A DNA stretch of 64,000 nucleotides from Zygnema circumcarinatum SAG 698-1b (taxonomy: Eukaryota > Plantae > Zygnematophyceae), in contig CM074815.1 of assembly GCA_037447605.1 (NCBI GenBank), positions 62,001 through 126,000 of the forward strand. The letters are read 5' to 3'. Below are positions 50,401 through 64,000 of this stretch, in pieces. A program made the position numbers and the translations under genes. Below the pieces are notes generated by a model. That model was not told where the DNA came from and did not search any database. It was given only the letters and a program-made list of their open reading frames with translations. Position 1 is the stretch's first letter. Each line of letters opens with the position of its first letter.

Positions 50401-53400
50401 CAAGGCAAATATCTGACGTTATGAAGTAGAACTGCAATGCATATTCAGTTACGGTAGAAACAACATAGTGTTTGCTGCAGGTAGCAGAACCTCAAGTAGA
50501 GGGTGTTGGGGACATCACTCTGTTGAGTTCATTGTGAAAAGGCAGACGTTCCCTCCCAGTTGTGTGACATTTACACCGAAAGCAAACAATGCTCCGATTC
50601 TATGCGAGTTTGTGTGCCAGTTAGTTTGTGTGTTTTGTTTCTCAATAGCGCTGTTGCTACATGCAGGTAAAGCTGATGCACTCTAATCACTATGAACTCA
50701 ACAATTCGGGAGACGTTTCCCGCCAGCTTTCTCAAGATGGCAGTAAAGACGAGCCCCCGCTTGATGGTGCAGAGGCAGCTCAGAGGCCCACCCCAAAACC
50801 ATCCCCCGTCTACTCTTCGTGTGGGGAGATGCAGCCGAAACTGTTCCAAGAAATCTTGCAGAGGTGCGTCTTTAGAAGAAAAATGCGATTCCGATTGCGA
50901 GTTGATTGATTACGTATGAGGGTTTAATGCACGATCACGAAGGAAATAATGGAAAAGTATTCGATTTCTAAGGTAGGGAGGTTAACTTGTGGACTTGGAA
51001 GATCAAAGGGGAGTTGGTGCATTGTGGGGGAGGGATGTCAGACTGCTGCCAAAAATTGCATACGATGTGGACCCCATACCTGAGGTGATCCGAGAGAAGT
51101 ATGAACTTATGGAGCTGCGGCAAGTGAGTTGACTCTATAGTTATCCTCCTTTGGCTGTCTAAATTTCGAGGGCTGAATATGAGTACTCCTCTAGGCCCAA
51201 CGTGTCTAGTTTTATTTATTTATTTTAAATTGCATATTCCACAGGTTTGAACGGCTACATATGTCCTGCTGTTTCAAGTCCGCAGATTGCTCTTGTAGTT
51301 AGTGGGCTTTTAGGGTTGAGGGTCAACAGTTGTAGGGGCAGCGCTATGAGACACAAGGTGAGAATTTGCAACTAAGTAGTTTGCTCTGGGTTTCTGCTTC
51401 ATTCTCTCTCGATTTCAGGCATACTTTGCAATTCACAATCCCGAGGATGCTGCAACAGTGGAAAGAGGCCGTCGTCGTCTCGTCTTCGACGAATTTTTTT
51501 TCCACCAGGTAATCTCAAACAGCTTAAACTGCAAATTAGTTTTTTGGTAATATGTATGGTACCCTGAGTGAATACTTAAATCAAGTTTAACTCAAATTCG
51601 ACCTATCCCCAAGGTTATCTCGTCTCCATTCAAGCCTGTCATAAATGTAAGGCTTATTCTAGTCTAAACCGTGTGCGAACCATAATCCTTTATCCATATA
51701 GCTTTCTAGTCCAGCCATCACGATAACTTCAGCTTCACAATTACTCTGAAAGCTATCCCAGGCCCTGATCAAAACCCTAAACCTATATGATGAAGTTAGG
51801 TTTTGACCCCATTCCTCTTTCCCCTTCTATGTGAACAGCTCAGTCTTCTGCATAGCAAACAGGCTGCAGAAGACCGCCTTCTTGAAGCTCTGGGCTTAAA
51901 CCCTGAAGCCATGTCTCCGAGAGGGGCCCTTCTCCCGGAGGAGGATTGGAGCCCTCCCGCAGTTCAGCTCAAGCGTTCTCTCCCATACACTTTGACTGGC
52001 AGCCAACAAAAAGTCGTTTCAGAGATCATGTCCGACCTGCGTAAACCCATTCCCATGAGTCGATTGCTACAGGTAACTAACTGACTCTTGTGTCTACTCT
52101 TCCGCAAATCTCTCCACTTTAGTGGGATGTGGTGCAGGGTAATGCTCACGTTTTTTGTGTGTCCTTTTTAGCCTGCTTATTCTGTTCCTCTTTTTGTGGG
52201 CCTGATTTTTTCTGTCTGCTCTTTACTCTCTGCAGGGAGATGTGGGGTGCGGGAAGACAGTGGTAGCTTTGCTTGCTCTTGTGGATGCGGCGGCTCGCGG
52301 CTTCCAAGGTGCTATTATGGCCCCCACGGAATTTTTAGCGCAGCAGCATTTCCAGCGAATATCCGAACTTTTGGATGGTCTCCCCTGGGAGGACCGCCCC
52401 CGCATAGCACTCCTTACAGGCTCCACAAAGAGAGCAAAGAACGTGAGAATGGTGAGCCCTATTACTGCCTCACGGCTTTTGTCGGTGGGGTTTTGACCTA
52501 TGTTCGGGGCACAAGTTGCGTGGAGGGAATCGTGGCAGGAGCGGAAGGTTTGCATTGTTGGGTTTGAGTGTAGCTCATAATGAGGTAGTTCATACTTGCA
52601 AGCACATGGTGGGGGAGAGATGGCAGGAGCTGCAAACGGGAGATGTGAAGATAGTGGTCGGCACTCATGCGTTGCTTGCTGAAGCTACGGCATTTGCACG
52701 GCTCGGCCTTGTGGTCATCGACGAGCAGCACCGCTTTGGAGTGGCGCAGCGCGCCCTTCTGGACGAAAAGGTTGTCTCTCCCTCTCTCTCTCTCTCACTC
52801 TCCCTCTCTTTCCTCGTTCTCTTTCTCCCTTTCTTTCTTTTTCTTTTTCTTTTCGTTTCTCTTTCTCTTTCTCTTTTCTTTCTCGTTTCTATCTCCTTTC
52901 GTCGGCCCTGTGTTGATTGACCCTGATTCATGTTTTCTGGCCTTTTTCTGGAGTATGGGTTCAGGGCCGAGTGTGTCTGACGGAAGGAGGAGAGAATGTC
53001 ACGTCGAGTGAGAGCAGCGATGCCTCCGCTGCGGCTGCTTTAGCTCTCACAGCGCCCCATATTCTAGCCATGTCCGCCACTCCCATCCCCCGCACATTGG
53101 CATTAGCACTCCATGGGGACATTTCCATCAGTCGCATTAATGAGCTACCACCAGGGAGGAGCCCTATCACGACAAAGCTGTTCTATGACGAACCGGAAAA
53201 ACGCGCAGAGGCCTACCAGGTGAGCTCAGAAGCTGCTCCCCCCCAATCCCATCTGTAGCAATAACCAGTTCCGTCTAGCAGAAACTAGTCCTCTGAAACG
53301 GAAACTCGGCACTGAAAAAGGATGTTCACGTTGCCTTTGGCAGCTTCTTCGAGAGGAGGTGGAGGCAGGAGGACAGGCCTTCATAGTGTTTCCGCTGATT

Positions 53401-54578
53401 GAGGAGTCGGAGTACTTTCCGCAGTACAGAGCAGCAGAGAGTGAGTACAGGCAGCTCTCCTCAGAGGGCTATCTGAAGGGGCTGCGCTGCGGTCTTGTCC
53501 ATGGGCGCATGCCTCCTGCAGAGAAGGAGGAAACTATGAAACTCTTCAAGGGTGGCCACACACAGGTATAAACATGGTTAACGTCACTTCAGTAACTTCT
53601 CCTTCGCCTGTCCTCCAATGTGCCAGCAGCCGAATGGCTTCCGAAATCCCTTCCTTATCCAATGATGAGGGAGAACCTGAATCTAGTTGCACATTTGTTC
53701 TTTTCTAAAGGGTTGCTTGTGCCCCCAACCCCCCCTTCCCTCTCCCTGGCATGCAGGTGTTGGTCTGCACCACTGTGATTGAGGTGGGAATTGACATCCC
53801 GGAGGCCACAGTGATGCTTGTGGAGCATGCAGAGCGCTATGGAATGGCGCAGCTCCATCAGCTTAGGGGCCGCGTCGGGAGAGGGAGGAGGGCGGCGCGC
53901 TGCCTCCTCATCACCAGCAGCAAGAACGCACTCGAACGCATGGAGCCGCTTGAGCAGTCACAGGTACATTGGCTGCCTCCTGTCATGCATTGGGTGCAGA
54001 GGGCAGGAAGGGAAGGGAGGTGGGGAGAGAGGGGGGAGGCTGGAGGGGTAGGGAGAAGGTGAGGACTAGGAGTTGTTCAAGCTACAAGGGAGAAGGGGGA
54101 AGTGAAGTCCCATTTTGGCCATGGCCCTGTGCAGGACGGGTTCCACCTTGCAGAAATGGACATGCGGTTCCGAGGCCACGGGGAACTCCTGGGGAAGAAG
54201 CAGTCGGGCCATCTGCCGGAGTTCCTCCTCGCACGGATAGACACCGACGGGGACATCATGCTGCTCGCCAGGCAGGCGGCTGAAGTGAGAACTGCTCCAC
54301 TGCCCAGAGTTCTCCTGCAAGTAGATGGAGAGGGAGATGGTGGGGAAGAGGGGGATCTCTTTCTTATGACGTAGCGAAGACAAAAGGAGATCAGGAGAGG
54401 AGAGGGAGAGGACAGTGAAGAGAGAAGAGTGGAGTTCTGCTCGTGCTAACTGCTTTTGGTTTGGATGCGAGCTGCGGTGGGTCTGCAGGAAGTGTTGGCA
54501 GTGGACCGCGGCCTGCGGCAGTCCACACAGCTGACGAGGGAGCTGGCCGCCCGCCGACCCGAGAGACAGGCGTCCTAG
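47463..54578 (+). CDS. RECG1: Organellar RecG-type ATP-dependent DNA helicase; true start lies further upstream
   Basis: LLEYYPRTY; [13 protein letters not shown]; [18 protein letters not shown] (Walker A); [11 protein letters not shown]; [14 protein letters not shown]; [12 protein letters not shown]; [10 protein letters not shown]; [13 protein letters not shown]; [25 protein letters not shown]; stop at 54576-54578. Confidence 0.93.
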
Positions 54579-55461
54579 ATAGCTTCTTCGGGCTCATCGC
54601 AGGAGTGAGGTATTGGCACACATGTAAACAGCTATCGCTTTGAAAAGCCTAGAACTGTTTCAGGTTACACTCTGTGCAGTGTAAGTATTATGCTTACTAT
54701 TTTTGGCACTTTTGGGTCTAGTCTCCTCGTGAGTTTCAGAACGGCACATGATTTGAAGCTACATTTGTATTCATGACATGCTTTTCATCCAAACAAAAAA
54801 AACCCCGTAAAAATTAAAGGTTACAGACAGTACTCAATACACAATACCGAAGACAGAAGTCATAAAGTTATCTTCAATGTATTCCTTAACAGTTTCCTCG
54901 CGCCTCCTGCTCACCTCTCTCCTCTCTCTTCGTCGTCATCCCTTGCGACGTCCACCCGCCGCATTATTAACCGGCCATGGCCCAAAAAAAGAATGCCTGT
55001 TCTTTTCTATAACAACCTACTCATATACACGTGGCAAGGCCCCATTATGAACAAGTAGCAAAATCGACCGCCTTTCCTGTCTAGAATGGAAAATGGACAT
55101 GGCTACAAAGCCCATCACTAGACAGCCTCTCTGCCTCCATCCCTCTCTCGCTCCCTCTCTCGGTGCAAAATTGCCATGGCTACGCTCTGCAGGTGGCCAT
55201 CTGACTTCCACTACACGACATACGACTGAAGACAGTCGGCCTGCCATCGATCCTCCGGTAATACATCGGGATATACATGGATGGTGACGACGAGGCGCAG
55301 TGGTGGCAGAGAGAGATAGAGAGCTGAAGGAGAGAAGGAAGCGAGAGAGGAAAATCCCCAACTCATGCTCCCAGGTGCCTCCCTTGTGCGCTGCAGCTTC
55401 CAATGGCGCCTTTGAGAGGTTGGCAACAAAACCGGTTTGCACAGTAAGACGGTTCACAGGC

Positions 55462-57737
55462 TTAATCCAGCTCCGGATGGTCCACGTCGAATCCCGGCAT
55501 CTCAAAACTGGAGGCGAATTTTTCGACTTTACACCGGAGCTCTGTTAGCTCAGGACAATTTTCCAATCGCTTCATAAAGTCACGCTGCACCTTCGGCCTC
55601 TCTCGCATGATCTTCTGTGATATTTGAGCGGCTTTCACCAGAAAATCAGCAATCTGCTCCATGTCCGCCTCCTTACACCCTCTCGAAGTCATTGCAGGGG
55701 TCCCTGCAAAAGCGAGGCAGTCCTCTGTCAATTTCTTCCCTTTCATCGCAAAATGACGAGCCCTATTGGCGCAAACAAACTAGACACGAAACCTCAAAAC
55801 AGGAAGACCCAAATAGTGAACACGAATTAGTAGCTGATCCTCCCCACAGAGTGCATATTTTCTACCTACCTATTTTCCAAAAACCAATTACAGCTGCCGA
55901 AGGAATATTTGAGGTTGGATCCTTGCTAACGTGTCACAAATCATATTTCTGTAACCTGTAATGGTGGAGTTTAACTAGTAAAGCCTAAGAAAACAATTGT
56001 CAATCTTTTGACGCACCTAATCGGACGCCTCCCGGAGCCAAAGCACTGGAGTCTCCAAAAACAGCGTTCTTATTCAAAGTCATGGAACACATCTCACAAA
56101 CTTTCTCATAGCGGTTTCCTGCAGAGCACAACACAAACAATACCCACCACTTAGAAACCAAAACTCATTTACACTAGCCACTAACAAGAAACAAAATCCC
56201 ATACGGTGACCAACCAACTCCTACATGTACATGTCAGGGGCTTCAGGGTTTCCATGAGTGGTGCACACACACCTGTGAGCCCCAACGGACGAAGATCCCA
56301 TAGCAAAAGATGGTTATCTGTGCCGTTAGTGACTAAGCGACATCCGCGCTTCATGAGAGTTGTGGCCAGAGCTGCCGCATTTCGCTTCACCTGCTGCATG
56401 TAGGCTCTGTAAGCAGGACTCGCCACCTGCTTTAGAGCTACAGCAAGGGCGGCAATATGGTGGTTGTGTGGCCCCCCTTGAAGGGAAGGAAACACGGCAA
56501 AATTGATTTTATCTTCCAAATCGTAACAAGCTCCTTCATCATTCCCAGCACTGCTTGGAGGGAAATTCCTTCGAGAGGGTTTGAGACCTCTTCTGAAAAA
56601 AATCATGCCTGCTCGCGGGCCCCGCAGAGTCTTATGGGTTGTGCTCGTAATAACGTCGCAGTAGCTGAAGGGACTCCGGCATTCCTGTTTCCAACAGCAT
56701 ATGGAGAAATCAGTAATCAAGCGTGTTTGCCAATGTCAATGGAGAGGGGGAGAGGAGAGGAGGAGAGGGACCGGAAGAGTGAGAGGGAGGGAGAGAGGGA
56801 GCGGGAGGGCACAGCTAGAGGATCGTGAGGGAGAGAGTGGGAGGAATTAGATTGGAGGAAAGGGGAGGAGGGTGAGATTCTTGCAGGAAGGAAGAGAGAT
56901 CCCCCCCCCATGGCGGAACGTAGCAACGGCGAGCAGAAAGACATGACCCACCTGCGCCGCAACAAGGCCGCTAATGTGAGCCATGTCACACATCAAAACA
57001 GCGCCGCATTTGTCTGCAATTTGTCGAAACCGAGCGTAATCCCACTCACGCGGATACGCACTCCCTCCGCAAATAAGAAGCCGAGGCCGATAATCCAATG
57101 CCTTCTCTTCCAGTTTCTGATAATCAATGTATCCTGTCTGAGGATCGACCTTATAAGGAAGAGTTTCAAAGAAAATGGAAGCCCCGGAGACTTTCTTGCC
57201 CCCTCCTGTATAGTATCCATGGCTAAGGTGCCCCCCTGAAGGAAGATCCAACCCCATAATGCGATCCTTGGGGTTTAACAACGCCGTAAAAACTGCAAAA
57301 TTTGCGGAAGTACAGGAATAGGGTTGCACGTTCACACCCCAATGCTCAGGATCCAAGTGGAAAGCAGCCAACGCACGCTCTCTGCATAAGCTTTCGATCT
57401 GATCAATCACTTGGTTTCCACCATAATACCTCGCCCCCGGTAATCCTTCTGAATACTTGTTAATTAGCGCACTTCCTAGTGCTTCCATGACTGCCTGTGA
57501 AGCAAAGTTTTCAGAAGCAATGAGCTCCAAGCCTTTCCACTGCCTGCGCTTCTCTTTTTCAATGAGATTGTACACGTCTGGGTCGACTTCCGAGAGCCTT
57601 CGCTTCCCCCAAACCTTCACAGGCTCCATCTGCGGAACCTTTTCGGGCACCTGAAAGGCGCTGCTTAGGGATAACTTGAAATCCGTTTTCTCCGTCGAAC
57701 TCGGAGCGCTGCTGGCGAGACCCACCACCGACGTCAT
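55462..57737 (-). CDS. SHM: Serine hydroxymethyltransferase, nuclear SHM6/SHM7-type clade, 4 exons
   Basis: [10 protein letters not shown]; [16 protein letters not shown]; [17 protein letters not shown] (SCTSAN is the SHM6/7 form); [11 protein letters not shown] (PLP lysine); [11 protein letters not shown]; GTPAMTSRG. Confidence 0.92.
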
Positions 57738-58526
57738 CCTCCCTATCTTCAATTCCTTTCCAAATCGATGACCGAAAAATCGACGGTGACTGAACACTTT
57801 TTGAGTCAAAAAGCAAGAAAAAGAACACACGTCTCCCTTCCCGCAGGCCTCTTCCAAACAGCCTTTTGAGTAGGAACTACCGCTATCGCTGACAGTCAGC
57901 TGCCGACCCCTTCTTTGCCTCTATGCACAACCAACACCATAGGCCTCCACAGGACACCGAATTCTGCAGCTACCCGATTCCGACTTGTCCCGTTTCCCCT
58001 CCCCCTCTCGACCTCTGCTCCGTCCGTTGGCCTCCTCCCTCTGCTTCTTCCCTCTCTTCCTCACTCTCCTTTTCTCTCGTACGTCCCTCTCGTCGCCTCC
58101 TCTATCTCCCACTCTCACTCTCTTTCTCTCTTTCTCCTCCGTCTCCTACTTCCCTCTCTTCTCCAACACTTTCCCTCTGCTGCCTCTCTCTCAAGCTACT
58201 TCTTTCCCTCTGCTACTTCCCCTCTCTCTCTGTGTCTCTCTCTCTCGCTCTCTCCCAGCAGAGTGCAGCAGCACCTTGGAGAAGGCGGCACGTGGCTTGC
58301 CAGCCGGTGAGCGTTGCCCTATCCCCACCGAGCGCAGCCAGCCAAACAGCTGGGCGGCCGGCCAACCCTAAAAGGGCGGCCGGGGGCGACCAGGTGCACG
58401 GCACCCCGCGGCCAAACTTTACCTTTTCCTGCCTGCCCGCGGGCCAAAAGGAACTCCGGCGGCGGTTTACCGCGCGCATATAAAACATTAATCTACCCTC
58501 CGCCAATAGCGGATTAGCTAGAAGCG

Positions 58527-58586
58527 CGCGAGCAATGTTGTTTCCACCGGGCAGCACGCGAGCAATGTTTTTTTCACCGGGTAGCG
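58527..58586. repeat. 30-bp imperfect tandem duplication upstream of SHMT
   Basis: CGCGAGCAATGTTGTTTCCACCGGGCAGCA / CGCGAGCAATGTTTTTTTCACCGGGTAGCG. Confidence 0.75.
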
Positions 58587-58810
58587 CGCGCCGCTGCCCG
58601 TGGAGAGAAGGTCGAAACGTTTCTTTCGGATTTTATTGCCGGAGAGGGGCGGCGGCCATTGGTCGTACTGCTAAGATTGGCCAATCACAGTTTACCACGT
58701 GACAAAATGTACACACGTGGCGGTCCGTGATTGGGTTCCGCTGAAGGGGGTCCCACCGCTGGATGCCGTCCCCCCGTTCATGCACTTGCGCGCCGCAGGC
58801 GAAAAAAAGA

Positions 58811-58907
58811 AAAAAGTTGCTCGTAAGTCTGATACCAGAACACGTACTCAGGTAAAATAGTGTCTTTATTATGGCGAAGTACTTCCTTCGTTACGACTGA
58901 CACCCCC
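58811..58907. mobile_element. Decayed copy of the MITE at 20704-20838, left TIR lost
   Basis: TTGCTCGTAAGTCTGATACCAGAACACGTACTCAGGT aligns with TTGTTCGTAAGTTTGAGACCAGAACGAGTACTTCGGT; it ends TTCGTTACGACTGACACCCCC versus TTCGTTAAGTCTGACACCCCC. Confidence 0.65.
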
Positions 58908-59507
58908 AATGCGAGCCCTGGACGTGGCCGATTCGGAGGGCGCAGCGCGTGGCCCACGTGCATCGGCGGCCCGTCCAGATTCAATGTATCTCGCTGCGCC
59001 CACCCGCTCCATGCTCCCGCGCTCTACGACACAGCAACTGCGTGCATGGAAAAACGACGACCGTACAGAAGTTGTATGAGATGTCCGCAGTACCGTACGA
59101 ACGGCGTTTTTTACTCGCGAATGGACTTTTTTTTTGATCTGGACGTGAGCTGGCGCGGGCCCTGCACCGGGTCCACATCCCGGGCGAGAAATGTCGGTGA
59201 CCGTACGACATCCACGTGCGGGAGGGTCCACGCACGTGCCAGACTCGGTCGATGGGCTCGGCTACATGTGGCCACTGAGGAGGGTCCACGTCATAAAAGC
59301 GCCACGCGCCATGCCGTGGTTGGCTTCGCGCTGCGGCAACGGTCACTGGGTGACCTGGCGCGAGCCGGCGGGGTGGCCGGTGCCGGGGACGGGGGGACCT
59401 GGCTGGACATGTGAACGGACGAGGCCGGTCGGTCGTTGTCCTCAGTGCGAACACGCCGTCCGGTCACTTGTTCCAAATATCTCTATATATTTCCGCTGGA
59501 AGCTTCT

Positions 59508-59690
59508 ATGCATGTACATCCATGCACCCATGCGTCCATGCACTCATGCGTCCATGCACCCATGCGTCCATGCACCCATGCGTCCATGCACCCATGCGTC
59601 AATGCCCATGCGTCCATGCACCCATGCGTCCATGTACCTATGCGCCCGCGCATCATGCGCATCCATGCGCTGGCCCATATATGCATGCAC
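59508..59690. repeat. 16-bp tandem repeat (CCATGCACCCATGCGT)n rich in CATGCA (RY) cores
   Basis: Directly visible, about 7 near-perfect units plus degenerate flanks. Confidence 0.85.
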
Positions 59691-59776
59691 CCTCGCTAGG
59701 GGAATCAGATGGCGACGTGGCCAACGGGTAGGGCTACCGGAGTAATCGAACAGGCGGTCACTGGACGTAACTTGCG

Positions 59777-59845
59777 GTTAGGTTAGGACGAGGGTGAGGG
59801 TGAGGGTGAGGGCGAGGGTTAGGGTTGGATTAGGGTTAGGGTTAG
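59777..59845 (+). repeat. Telomere-like TTAGGG/TGAGGG hexamer run just before the CobW start codon
   Basis: GGTTAGGTTAGGACGAGGGTGAGGGTGAGGGTGAGGGCGAGGGTTAGGGTTGGATTAGGGTTAGGGTTAG. Confidence 0.7.
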
Positions 59846-59869
59846 TGCCGGAGGAGCAGCCGCGGAGCC

Positions 59870-64000
<4,131 letters not shown>

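Noticed and set aside
47463-54578. Bacterial-type RecG and CobW as recent horizontal transfer or contamination
   Set aside because: Both are intron-rich, and both families are established nuclear genes in green plants.

Overview
Eukaryotic, intron-rich nuclear DNA from a streptophyte plant, most likely a charophyte-grade alga (inference from a land-plant-type gene set, many short introns and introns in LWD/TTG1). Eleven spliced protein genes can be read: ACX3-type acyl-CoA oxidase (+, 5' truncated), LWD1/TTG1-family WD40 (-), COR413 (+), DRP5A (-), an RS-rich plant-conserved protein (-), CPSF30-L with YTH domain (+), TMEM184/LAZ1-family (-), PAS1/FKBP72 (+), organellar RecG (+), nuclear-clade SHMT (-) and a COG0523/CobW GTPase (+, 3' truncated). 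Most are arranged as head-to-head pairs. No rRNA, tRNA or CRISPR was seen. The main non-coding signals are: (1) an A-B-A(inverted)-B rearrangement in the CobW gene, giving a ~265-bp pre-mRNA hairpin over an exon end and its 5' splice site plus a decoy 3' splice site; (2) dense (CC)GTAC clusters in every promoter region; (3) many purine/G-rich 3' splice sites with no polypyrimidine tract; (4) a small MITE family with one intact and one decayed copy; (5) GC-rich exons beside CT/GA microsatellites. Gene models were assembled by eye and family calls rest on recalled homologue sequences, so exon limits may be off by a few bases.
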